The notes under the pieces: model-generated
What the model saw: only the letters and a program-made list of their open reading frames with translations
The model's database searches: none
What the model was told of the DNA's origin: nothing
Program-made: the position numbers and the translations under genes
Source of the DNA: a virus
Taxonomy: Duplodnaviria; Heunggongvirae; Uroviricota; Caudoviricetes
Virus record (IMG/VR): IMGVR_UViG_2576861133_000001
Reading direction: 5' to 3' (one strand)
DNA: 19,349 nucleotides
In this document: positions 7,965 through 16,579 of the stretch, one piece after another
Position numbering within the stretch: the first letter of the stretch is position 1
Layout of the letters: the number at the start of each line of letters is the position of its first letter

Positions 7965-7989
7965 TAATAAAAAACCCGCACGCGGCGGG
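7965..7989 (-). terminator. Hairpin with U-tract immediately upstream of the major tail gene
   Basis: Stem cccgc (7975-7979) / gcggg (7985-7989) with the A-run 7965-7974 on plus, which reads as a U-run after the stem on the minus strand. Confidence 0.3.
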
Positions 7990-8018
7990 GTATGGGTTTT
8001 GTAGAAAAAAAGAAAAAG

Positions 8019-8363
8019 TCACACCGTGACCTGAAACTCCAGGGTTGCACGGTAACAGCGGTTTTCCGGAATATAGTCCTGCATTTCACTGACGGATCCC
8101 GGGGCCAGCAGCATTATGGCTTCACGGGCGTCCTGACGTATCTGACGCGCCTGCGTCACAGTCCCGGCATAAACGTCTATCTGCACCGACACTGAGGACT
8201 CCGCCTGCCCGCCCATCACGTCCGCAGACACCGATGAAATCAGGCTGAAAACCACCCACGGAAGCGCCACCGACGGCCTGCCATCCAGCAGGGGGACCAC
8301 ATACGGGTACACCTGCCCGCCGGCAAGATGCGCCAGATGAGGATACAAATCCGCCTCCGTCAT
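8019..8363 (-). CDS. Tail completion / tail terminator-like protein (DUF3168-like position)
   Basis: 114-aa ORF; its ATG overlaps the upstream stop as ATGA; assignment is by position between the gp10-like gene and the major tail gene. Confidence 0.55.
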   Translation of the reverse strand: MTEADLYPHLAHLAGGQVYPYVVPLLDGRPSVALPWVVFSLISSVSADVMGGQAESSVSVQIDVYAGTVTQARQIRQDAREAIMLLAPGSVSEMQDYIPENRCYRATLEFQVTV

Positions 8364-8806
8364 CGTCTCAGTACCTCATCAATGGCCCGGTTCATCCGCG
8401 CAATCGCCACCTGAGCTGCCTGTTCACTGCGCACATCAAACGCCGGGCGCACAAACGGGTGCGGTGGCATATTCACGGTCCCCATTTCCACAAACCGCCA
8501 GTAGAAAGCATTGCGCGGGTTATCCGCCTTCATGGTGTTATCGCTGTTACCGGTGTCCGGATTAACACCACGGATATGGACACCGGATTCCATCCCGCCA
8601 TCGCGGGAGCGCCGGGAAAGGACCACCACATTGCGGCGCAGTTTTCCCCTGCGTACCGGTGCCCGTGACACCACTTCTTCTTTCAGCACATTCGCACCCG
8701 CACGGGTTGCCTCACGCAGCACCCGGTTATTTTCCGCACCACTCAGAAGCTGCAAATCGCGGCTGATGTCCTCCAGCCCCGAAAAATCCAGCAGGGTTTC
8801 GATCAT
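8360..8806 (-). CDS. HK97 gp10-family head-tail joining protein
   Basis: 148 aa; translationally coupled at both ends by ATGA overlaps; sequence style and position are typical of the HK97 gp10 family (recollection). Confidence 0.6.
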   Translation of the reverse strand: MIETLLDFSGLEDISRDLQLLSGAENNRVLREATRAGANVLKEEVVSRAPVRRGKLRRNVVVLSRRSRDGGMESGVHIRGVNPDTGNSDNTMKADNPRNAFYWRFVEMGTVNMPPHPFVRPAFDVRSEQAAQVAIARMNRAIDEVLRR

Positions 8807-9153
8807 TTTTCCCCTCCCAGCCGACAGAGAATTTCCAGACGCCCGCCGGTCGCATCCGGCACGGGCAGCCCGACAACGTTCAGGATCCGGTCACGCCATG
8901 GACCACTCAGCACATGAAGTCGTGACGCTGCCGTGATTTCCCGACCGGACTGACCGCGCACCCAGATGCGGATTTCCGCCTGCGCCATTTCCGCACCGGA
9001 CTGCATCCGCTCCCGGCTGCTCCTGCCTCGGATATCCGCATGAATTTTCCCGCATGACACCCATTCTTCCGTCATTTCTCCGGCAGCGTTACGGGTTAAC
9101 ACCGGGTTCAGAACACTTATCATCTGTGTCAGACGACCTGCAGATATTGCCAT
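8803..9153 (-). CDS. Head closure / head-tail adaptor protein
   Basis: 116-aa ORF that is second after the portal in the head-tail joining cluster; stop overlaps the next start. Confidence 0.55.
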   Translation of the reverse strand: MAISAGRLTQMISVLNPVLTRNAAGEMTEEWVSCGKIHADIRGRSSRERMQSGAEMAQAEIRIWVRGQSGREITAASRLHVLSGPWRDRILNVVGLPVPDATGGRLEILCRLGGEK

Positions 9154-9162
9154 TCCCCCTCC

Positions 9163-9489
9163 TCATAACACCGTCGGACAACGCAAATCGTAAATCAGCA
9201 CGGAAACAGAAAACGGCAGCTCCCCCTGAAGCAGTTCTTCCCGCTCCGCAAGATCCGGATTCCGGTACAGCATCCCGGTCAGTCGCATGGCAGCCCCCTT
9301 CATCCGGGTTAATGCCTCGCCCGGGATCAGTTCACCGTCCTCACGGATCACTTTATCCCGGCTGCCCTGAATGTAGGCCAGCAGCACGGCGGTAGCCTGA
9401 CGAACCTTGTCCATCAGCATGTCATCATCCGCGTCATGGTCGACACGCAGATGTGCCTTGATCTCTTCCAGTGTCAGTAATGCCGTCAT
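9163..9489 (-). CDS. gp6-like head-tail connector protein
   Basis: 108 aa; N-terminal motif LTLEEIKAHLRVDHDADDD is typical of gp6-type head-tail connectors; its ATG overlaps the portal stop. Confidence 0.7.
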   Translation of the reverse strand: MTALLTLEEIKAHLRVDHDADDDMLMDKVRQATAVLLAYIQGSRDKVIREDGELIPGEALTRMKGAAMRLTGMLYRNPDLAEREELLQGELPFSVSVLIYDLRCPTVL

Positions 9490-12071
9490 TTTCCGCCTCC
9501 TGCATCCCGCCCACGTTTTGCAGCCAGGGTCCAGGCTGATGAATGAGCTTCTCCGGGTTTATCTTCGGTCATACTGTTGCAGTGCCACAGCGAGCCCCCC
9601 CACGTCACCGTATCGCCGGGGTGGTAGGTTTCACCGGCTCTGAACACACCGCGGTAGAGCATCACCGGCAGGGAAAATGTTTTTTCCGTACGCTGGCCAC
9701 TGCTCTGCCGGACCACCACAGAGAACAACCGCTCACCCGTCATGCTGACGTCAATATCCGCCACCCCGTCAACCAGGCATTCCCATCCCCGCATCCCGTG
9801 CGTTTTTTCATACGCCCGCCAGAGTCCGCCCTGGTGTGTGGCATACGTGCCCCGGGGAAAGGATTTTTGATCGTCAATGGCGGGGAGTATTTCCAGAGCC
9901 GTGGCATCACGCCCGTCCTGCGGAGCCGGCAGGGCACTCACCGCATCCAGAACCGCCTTCTGCAGAACATCCGGATCGTAGTCACGACCATCACGCGGAA
10001 CATGAATATGGCTTACCGCCTCCTTCACCATCTGTTCAAGCATCGGACGCACATCATCCGGGGTGAGACTTTTACCGTCTGCCGGCTGCGGAATATTTGC
10101 GACCGCATCATTCACCGCCTTCTGCAGAACATCGGGATCATAGTCACGACCGTCGCGCGGAACAGGGATATGGCTTACAGCCTCCTTCACCATCTGTTCA
10201 AGCATCGGACGCACATCATCCGGGGTGAGACTTTTACCGTCCGCCGGCTGCGGAATATTTGCGACCGCATCATTCACCGCCTTCTGCAGTACTTCCGGAT
10301 CGTAGTCACGACCATCACGCGGAACAGGGATATGGCTTACAGCCTCCTTCACCATCTGTTCAAGCATCGGACGCACATCATCCGGGGTGAGACTTTTACC
10401 GTCCGCCGGCTGCGGAATATTTGCGACCGCATCATTCACCGCCTGCTGCAGTACATCCGGATCATAATCACGACCATCACGCGGTACCGGAATGGCCCCC
10501 ACAGCGTCATCCACCATCGCCTGCAGAACCGGACGCACCTCATCCACCGTCACATGCTTCTGTAATACCGCCGACAGGGAAGTCAGTTTCTCTTCAAACG
10601 CTTGTGCCTGCGAGGCCATCTTCCCCTCAAATGTGCGCTGTAAATCCGCCAGCACTGTGGAGAATTCTTCTCCCAGTGCACGAATAATGGACAGTTCCCG
10701 TTCCGTCATTTTCTCAGTATCCCCCCTGAACATCGCTTTCACCGCATCATGCTCTGTTTCACTGATTGCCTTATTACCGTCAGATGCGCCGTCAGGCAGC
10801 TGTGATGAAACTGTTTTCCCGGCAGACGCGAACGGATCCTCACGGGCATCACGACGGGACAGCGCCTCCAGACTGTAGTTCTGCTGCTGAAGATACAGTG
10901 CATCACCGCCGGCCAGGGGCGGCAGGTTCTCCCGTTTACGGGCCTCATTGGGCGTGAGAAGCGTATTTTTCACCGCATCCCCCAGCGTTTTCATGCGCCG
11001 CTCACTGTCCATTCTCAGCAGCGTGGTGACATCAAATTCTGTACTCTCGTTTTCCCCCGTTTCCAGCGCCTCATCCAGTAACAGTTCAATGGACTCAATC
11101 AGCGTCTGCAGGCACTGGGAATAATACTGCTGCTCCAGCGCCTCCACGTTGTCACTGGAAGGCGGTTGTCCCACGCCAATCTTGTAGGCCGGGACACGGA
11201 ACACCGAACAGACAATTTCAGCGGTCATCTTCAGTTGTTCCACCGTCTGCGCATCCACAGGTGAAAACGTCGTGGGGTTGTATTTTGCCCCGTTGCTCAG
11301 AATGGCCGTTTTCCCCGCATTTTCGCCTGTATACCCGCTGTCCCAGTTGCTCTTCAGTTTTTTCGCATTTTCTTCCGTAATACTGCCGGGGATCTCAATC
11401 ACCCCGGACGGCCTGCCGCCATTTCTGAAAAAAGACGTCGAATTTTCCTGAATATGATGCCCCTGCGTGGCCGCCAGCCCGGCGGCATACACCGGCGGCA
11501 ATCCTATAAGCGGATGAAAAAAACAGTTAAACCGGTCGTGGATCACTTCCCGGGCAGGCACCGTCACCGCCTCCGTGATCCCGCAGTTCCGGTCCGGCGT
11601 GATGCGGTAGAACACCTCGCCGTCATCCGCCACCAGAGGTTCAACCCGGCTCCAGTCCAGAATACGCAGTTCTTTGATCTGCCCCCGGGCATTACGGATT
11701 TTCAGCACCACCGTATTGCCATGACGCAGTTTGGCGTTCAGCCACAGTTCAAAAAACTGGATGCGGTTCTGCTGGGCGTTGGGACGACGACAGAGGCGGG
11801 CAATATCCCCCCGGCGCGTTTCCCTGCGTATCCCATGCGCATCCGTCTGCATAAGACGCAGCCGCATTTTGGCGATATCCTGGGATATCAGCGAAATACA
11901 TGCAAACACCGCATGAAAGGAGAGGACGGCTTCAGGATCGGCTTTCACGCCCTGCTGCCAGGCGCCGGAAAAGGGCTCAGCCACCGCCTGAAACAGGCTG
12001 GTCCAGCCCGCCTCTCTTACGTCACGTCCTGATTTCTGGTTTTTTCGGGTTCGCCGTAAAAGGTTCCACAT
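9486..12071 (-). CDS. HK97-family portal protein with a roughly 350-aa C-terminal extension (tandem 54-aa repeats plus a terminal aromatic-rich domain)
   Basis: The N-terminal roughly 450 aa align by eye to HK97 portal (FRNGGRPSG...KTAILSNGAKY...FRVPAYKIG against recalled FGNGSRPSG...KTAVL...FGVPPHLVG); the C-terminal part is an uninterrupted extension of the same ORF. Confidence 0.8.
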   Translation of the reverse strand: MWNLLRRTRKNQKSGRDVREAGWTSLFQAVAEPFSGAWQQGVKADPEAVLSFHAVFACISLISQDIAKMRLRLMQTDAHGIRRETRRGDIARLCRRPNAQQNRIQFFELWLNAKLRHGNTVVLKIRNARGQIKELRILDWSRVEPLVADDGEVFYRITPDRNCGITEAVTVPAREVIHDRFNCFFHPLIGLPPVYAAGLAATQGHHIQENSTSFFRNGGRPSGVIEIPGSITEENAKKLKSNWDSGYTGENAGKTAILSNGAKYNPTTFSPVDAQTVEQLKMTAEIVCSVFRVPAYKIGVGQPPSSDNVEALEQQYYSQCLQTLIESIELLLDEALETGENESTEFDVTTLLRMDSERRMKTLGDAVKNTLLTPNEARKRENLPPLAGGDALYLQQQNYSLEALSRRDAREDPFASAGKTVSSQLPDGASDGNKAISETEHDAVKAMFRGDTEKMTERELSIIRALGEEFSTVLADLQRTFEGKMASQAQAFEEKLTSLSAVLQKHVTVDEVRPVLQAMVDDAVGAIPVPRDGRDYDPDVLQQAVNDAVANIPQPADGKSLTPDDVRPMLEQMVKEAVSHIPVPRDGRDYDPEVLQKAVNDAVANIPQPADGKSLTPDDVRPMLEQMVKEAVSHIPVPRDGRDYDPDVLQKAVNDAVANIPQPADGKSLTPDDVRPMLEQMVKEAVSHIHVPRDGRDYDPDVLQKAVLDAVSALPAPQDGRDATALEILPAIDDQKSFPRGTYATHQGGLWRAYEKTHGMRGWECLVDGVADIDVSMTGERLFSVVVRQSSGQRTEKTFSLPVMLYRGVFRAGETYHPGDTVTWGGSLWHCNSMTEDKPGEAHSSAWTLAAKRGRDAGGGK
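9869..10546. repeat. About 4.2 tandem copies of a 162-bp (54-aa) near-identical coding repeat inside the portal gene
   Basis: Period-162 registration at 9961, 10123, 10285 and 10447; the three central copies differ by only a few substitutions; protein unit DDVRPMLEQMVKEAVSHIPVPRDGRDYDPDVLQKAVNDAVANIPQPADGKSLTP. Confidence 0.85.
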
Positions 12072-12238
12072 TCGCCATGCTCCGCATCACGTTTCTTTTT
12101 CTGACCTGCCGGACGTCGCACCGTGATGTACTCCGCCTTTCCCAGGCGAACCAGCACCTCCGCACACGGCTGTGCCACATCACGGATATCCCCGGCCCGG
12201 GCATCATGCGTGCCCTGCAGATATCGGATCTTTGCCAT
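12017..12238 (-). CDS. Hypothetical 73-aa basic protein in the capsid-portal intergenic gap (doubtful)
   Basis: ATG-initiated ORF in the ORF track; weak ribosome-binding site; overlaps the first 18 portal codons out of frame. Confidence 0.2.
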   Translation of the reverse strand: MAKIRYLQGTHDARAGDIRDVAQPCAEVLVRLGKAEYITVRRPAGQKKKRDAEHGECGTFYGEPEKTRNQDVT

Positions 12239-12282
12239 AACCTGTTACGGGAGGCGCACGCCTCCCGTCCTCCTTATCAGAC

Positions 12283-14220
12283 TCAGCCGCCGGACGCACT
12301 GCCGTAGTTCACTCCGGTGATCACCGCCACCGCCGCAGTACGGCGACGACGCCAGTTGATCCAGCGCTCCGCACGGATGGCCACGCTGCCTGTCTGGAAC
12401 ATGGAAACCAGCTCCACCGGGGACGGCGTGGTACTGTCGCCGGTCGGCTCAGACTGCATTTCCAGTGATGCCTCGCGGGACATATCCACTGCCACGCCGC
12501 CGTCATCCGCCAGATAAATATCCGGGGCATTCACCAGCACCAGCTGGTCACCCACGTACTGGGAGACAATCACCGGCAGCCCCTGGAAGGAGCCACCCAG
12601 CAGGGTCATGTCCGGGTATTCCTTCTGACCCAGCGCATTTTTACGCATGGACAGTGCCAGGGCATTGGTGCTGGACATCAGCCAGACCGCACCGGTGGGC
12701 TGCAGGTTTGCTGCCACAAACTGTCCAAACGCAGCCTCTGCATCCGCATCCGGGTTACCGGTTGATGCCGTGCCCTTCACATCATGGGTGATGGACGCCG
12801 GGGAGACATCTGCCACTGCGGCTTTTTTCGGGTCCACAAAGTCTGTATCCAGACGCGCCACCACCGCTTCCGCCAGCGCATTACGGACCAGTGCATCAGC
12901 AGCCGGACTGGAAAAACGGATCAATTCTTCCGTCAGTACCGCAATGGCCGACACCTTCGCATGACTGAAGGTGATGGATTCAAAATCAAACTTCGTCAGG
13001 GGTTTTGCCTTACCCTCACCCACCCAGCCGGCAGCACCGCCGGACACCTGGGCGTGCACACGGATATTGAATGGCACCTGACGAAGTGCAGGGATCCCGC
13101 CCTGACCAAATCGCCCGATAATGGTCTGCGGACGCAGGTAATCAATAAAGTCCTGTGCGTATTCCTGATATTCAGACAGGCTGCCTGCCCACTGCGGATC
13201 CGTGGTGGTCCCCGCGCCCACTGCCGATTTCAGGACATGATGCAGACGACTGTCATCCGGATACTGACGACGGGCCACTTCCAGGGCTTCAGATCGGACG
13301 CCTTTAGCCGCAGCCAGCGATTTGGCAAAGCGGGCGAAGCCAATCCCCTTATCCAGTTTCTGCTCCACACGGATCACCGGCGCAGAAGCCACCGCGGCCA
13401 CATTCCCGTTACCGGCCTGTTTCACCGGCTGCGCCGTGGCGGCCTTACCGGCTTCCAGTTCACGCAGGCGCTTCAGGTGCGCATCCACCTGACGGATTTC
13501 CGCTGCGGTGTTGTCGTAATGCTCTTCCTCCTCCACATCCAGCGTGCGCCCTTCCTCTGCGGCTTTGGTCATGACCTCCTCAAGGGAGGCTGCCAGCGCT
13601 GCACGCTTGTTTTCAAAACTTTTAATCTGTTCGCCAATATTCATTATGGTCTTTTCCTTATGAAAAACGGTTGTTGACTGTGCCGCAGCGCCGGCAGAAG
13701 ATGCGATTTTCACCACCGGTTTCCGGTTGCCGGACGCGGCAGAAAACGGGCGGTCGTAAGATTTAATGGTCCGGATGGTGCATTCCGCATTCGCGGGCAC
13801 GGTGACGGCAGACACCTCCATCAGTTCCCAGCGCAGAAAATGCAGTCCGCCTCCGTCCAGAAAGGTGTATTCATGGGGACGGAAGCCCACGGACAGCCCC
13901 CTGACCAGCCCGGTCTTAATGGCCGCCCAGACCTCATCCAGCCGGGCAGCCAGTTGCGACGGCATATCCGGTACGGGCTTCACCAGTGTTGCCGTGATTT
14001 CCAGCCCTTCGCTGACCCGGCGCACCGTACACTGCCCCACCGGGCGGGAATGGTCATGCTGCCAGAGAAACGGGATCGCACTGCCAAACTCCGCGCCCTC
14101 CGGCTCCAGGATGTCACCATCCCGATCCGGAGAAGGCGTTGACGCAATCCCGGTGATCACCCGTTCATCCTCACTGAAGGATTTCACCGTCAGCAGGGAA
14201 CAGGCCCGTTTAAGAGTCAC
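12283..14220 (-). CDS. Fused HK97-family prohead serine protease (S78-like) and major capsid protein
   Basis: 645 aa; N-terminal protease-like motifs (GIASTP...LWQHD...GLSVGF...EVSAVTVPAN), a central coiled-coil delta-like segment, and a C-terminal HK97-fold capsid-like region; GTG start at 14220 preceded by AGGAGG. Confidence 0.8.
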   Translation of the reverse strand: MTLKRACSLLTVKSFSEDERVITGIASTPSPDRDGDILEPEGAEFGSAIPFLWQHDHSRPVGQCTVRRVSEGLEITATLVKPVPDMPSQLAARLDEVWAAIKTGLVRGLSVGFRPHEYTFLDGGGLHFLRWELMEVSAVTVPANAECTIRTIKSYDRPFSAASGNRKPVVKIASSAGAAAQSTTVFHKEKTIMNIGEQIKSFENKRAALAASLEEVMTKAAEEGRTLDVEEEEHYDNTAAEIRQVDAHLKRLRELEAGKAATAQPVKQAGNGNVAAVASAPVIRVEQKLDKGIGFARFAKSLAAAKGVRSEALEVARRQYPDDSRLHHVLKSAVGAGTTTDPQWAGSLSEYQEYAQDFIDYLRPQTIIGRFGQGGIPALRQVPFNIRVHAQVSGGAAGWVGEGKAKPLTKFDFESITFSHAKVSAIAVLTEELIRFSSPAADALVRNALAEAVVARLDTDFVDPKKAAVADVSPASITHDVKGTASTGNPDADAEAAFGQFVAANLQPTGAVWLMSSTNALALSMRKNALGQKEYPDMTLLGGSFQGLPVIVSQYVGDQLVLVNAPDIYLADDGGVAVDMSREASLEMQSEPTGDSTTPSPVELVSMFQTGSVAIRAERWINWRRRRTAAVAVITGVNYGSASGG

Positions 14221-14232
14221 ATCAGCCTCCTG

Positions 14233-14258
14233 AAAATAAAAAAACCGCCGGAGCGGTT
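14233..14258 (-). terminator. Intra-operon hairpin with U-tract between the terminase large subunit gene and the capsid gene
   Basis: Stem aaccgc (14243-14248) / gcggtt (14253-14258), loop cgga, followed on the minus strand by tttttatttt; same sequence family as the hairpin at 6511-6533. Confidence 0.4.
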
Positions 14259-14283
14259 CGTGATGGTTACAGTGTGAACAGGG

Positions 14284-15945
14284 TTATATGAAAAAAACCG
14301 CATATTCTTTCTTTTTCGGTTCCGGGTTAAGGGACATCAGGGAGACCGCATTGAACAGCGCCATCAGCGGGTCAATTTTTCCCCGTCCACTGGCCTGTTT
14401 GGTGATAAGAATGGCGTTACCTTTAGGCTCCACCCGGGCATTGCCGACACACCAGGCCATCAGGGGCTGGTCACCATGCACCAGCACCCCTTCAGCCAGT
14501 TTGCGCTCGGTGGTTTTAATGGCCCCGCCCAGTTTCCAGCCCTGGCTTATCCCCACCACAATTCCGTCGGGGATCCCGGCTTCCGCCAGTGAATCCAGAA
14601 TCTGCCCCACCCCTGACGGGTCAATACCGATATGGTCCAGTAACTCAGCCTCATGAATGCGACGCACATATTCCGCCACTTCCGCCGTGTCATCCCCGAC
14701 ACGCCGGACAATGGTCATATCTCCACAGGCAACAAGATCCTGAAACCGGGACGCCTCGCTCTTCCGTCGGACCACCGCGGTTTCATGCGCCCAGGCATGG
14801 CCCCAGCCCAGCCATTCGCGGGTCTCCCGGTCACGCCCAATCACATACATCCCCAGCAGATCATCCAGCCCTCCGCCGTCAATCCCCACCGTCACCACAT
14901 CAGCACGACGCAGGATATCGTCCAGGCTGATACAACGGCCCTGCTCTTCCCAGAAATCAGCCCCCGCCCAGCGGTCAGAGCGCAGGGCAAGACCAATTTC
15001 CACATTGGCGTGTTTTGACATGAACCCCCGGAATGTCTCTTCACCGGCTTCCCGGGCTTTACGGTACTCCCGGTACAGAAAGGCCTCATCCACTGAATAG
15101 CCGAGATTCGGATTGACCATGGCGAGGTTTTCCATCAGCAGGTTAGTCCCGCTTTCCACCATTTCAGGAGGGTGTTCAAATATCACCGGCAGAAAGTGCG
15201 GATCATGAATTTTGCCGTCGCGCACATCCCGGGCGTACTGCAGTTTCTGTCTGAACACCCCGGCGGGCGGTTCATTCGACTGGGTGGTCGTATACACCAC
15301 AAACCCTTCCGGGCGGGAGGCAAGGCCGCCTATGGCTTCACGTAACATGTCCTCCGCCTTGCACTGCTTGCCAAACAGCCACAACTCATCAATCAGCGTA
15401 CCCACGGACTTGATACCGGACACCGTATTCGGATCGGCTGCCACCACCTTCAGGGTGGTGTCCGTCACTCGGTGGGTGATGGTCCGGATATGGGTCTGTA
15501 CCTGGCAGAGGTCATCCAGATCATCGTCACGTCGTACCATATCCCGGGCAGGGTTGAAGGCGTTGGCCGCCACCTCCACAGTCGGGGCCAGAATCGTGTA
15601 ACCCGCCGCCTGCCGCCAGTTCAGTAACAGTGCAGTCATCATGATCCCCGCGGCCAGCGTGGACTTCGAGTTTTTCTTGGGGATAAGGATAAAAACTTCC
15701 TTGATATGGCGTACACCGGTCTGCGCATCGTAGGAGCCAAACAGGGCCGCCACCAGGTCAAACACCCACGGTGCACAGGACTCCCCGAACGTAGGGCTAC
15801 CAGGTGCATCCACAATCCGCAGTTGTTTAAAAATCGCCAGGGCATGTGCGGCCTCGTCCGGATAAATCGGATCCGGAATAATCGACAGCCCCTTTTTCAG
15901 GCGCTCTGCCCAGTCCGGGCAGGCTGTGCTCCATACAGGTATCAT
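14284..15945 (-). CDS. Terminase large subunit
   Basis: 553 aa; Walker-A-like LIPKKNSKST; C-terminal nuclease-like region; ATG overlaps the small-subunit stop as ATGA. Confidence 0.85.
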   Translation of the reverse strand: MIPVWSTACPDWAERLKKGLSIIPDPIYPDEAAHALAIFKQLRIVDAPGSPTFGESCAPWVFDLVAALFGSYDAQTGVRHIKEVFILIPKKNSKSTLAAGIMMTALLLNWRQAAGYTILAPTVEVAANAFNPARDMVRRDDDLDDLCQVQTHIRTITHRVTDTTLKVVAADPNTVSGIKSVGTLIDELWLFGKQCKAEDMLREAIGGLASRPEGFVVYTTTQSNEPPAGVFRQKLQYARDVRDGKIHDPHFLPVIFEHPPEMVESGTNLLMENLAMVNPNLGYSVDEAFLYREYRKAREAGEETFRGFMSKHANVEIGLALRSDRWAGADFWEEQGRCISLDDILRRADVVTVGIDGGGLDDLLGMYVIGRDRETREWLGWGHAWAHETAVVRRKSEASRFQDLVACGDMTIVRRVGDDTAEVAEYVRRIHEAELLDHIGIDPSGVGQILDSLAEAGIPDGIVVGISQGWKLGGAIKTTERKLAEGVLVHGDQPLMAWCVGNARVEPKGNAILITKQASGRGKIDPLMALFNAVSLMSLNPEPKKKEYAVFFI

Positions 15946-16505
15946 CCGTTGCCCTCATTATCGTTATTCACCACCAGTCGGGGGGGCGGTGGCACCGCAA
16001 AACGGTTAGCCGCTTTTTTCGCGGCATCACCTTTTGCCGATTTTTTCCCGGTATCCCCTTTTTTATGGTGCGTGAACTGCGCCAGACGCCAGGCCGCATC
16101 CAGTGCCAGTTTCGGATCAATGCAGAGGTTTTCCACCAGGATCCGCCCCATGGCTTTCACCGGATCGGGAAGACCATCCTCCATATATTCAATACCAGGA
16201 GACATCACCGCGGACGGTGGCATCTCCAGATTGTTTTCGTCCGGCTGTGGTATTGCAGCCGCCTCACGGCGACGGGGTTTATCCTCCTGCTCTGATTTTT
16301 TCTGCCGGTAAACAGGAACCTCATCCACCTCCACCGTCTCGCATTGTTTACGGGCTATAAACGCAAGCACCTCAGGATCTTTTGCCAGCTGCGAGCCTTT
16401 AACCCTGGCGGTCTTCGCCGAATAACCGGCGGCAATGGCTGACGCTGTTTTGTTTTTCCCGGACATGAGCGCCAGCGCAAATTTTCGTTTTTGCGTTGTC
16501 AGCAC
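15942..16505 (-). CDS. Terminase small subunit (Terminase_2-type HTH N-terminus)
   Basis: 187 aa; GTG start at 16505 preceded by GGAGGAGG; N-terminus LTTQKRKFALALMSGKNKTASAIAAGYSAKTA resembles small-terminase DNA-binding domains. Confidence 0.75.
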   Translation of the reverse strand: MLTTQKRKFALALMSGKNKTASAIAAGYSAKTARVKGSQLAKDPEVLAFIARKQCETVEVDEVPVYRQKKSEQEDKPRRREAAAIPQPDENNLEMPPSAVMSPGIEYMEDGLPDPVKAMGRILVENLCIDPKLALDAAWRLAQFTHHKKGDTGKKSAKGDAAKKAANRFAVPPPPRLVVNNDNEGNG

Positions 16506-16579
16506 AGCCTCCTCCCGGGTCCAGAACGCACTCAGCCGGGTATGGTTCAGCCCATTTTTCCCGGCGTCTCATGCCGCAA

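Noticed and set aside
9869-10546. Possible CRISPR array suggested by the regular 162-bp periodicity
   Set aside because: The repeats are contiguous with no unique spacers, lie inside an uninterrupted coding frame, and encode a conserved peptide repeat, so this is a protein tandem repeat and not CRISPR.
9543-10565. 340-aa plus-strand ORF rich in His/Arg with repeats
   Set aside because: It is antisense to the portal repeat array, its low-complexity composition is typical of reverse-frame translation, and it is not preceded by a start context.
12784-14233. Plus-strand ORFs 12784-13677 and 13766-14233
   Set aside because: They are antisense to the protease-capsid gene and are shadow ORFs.
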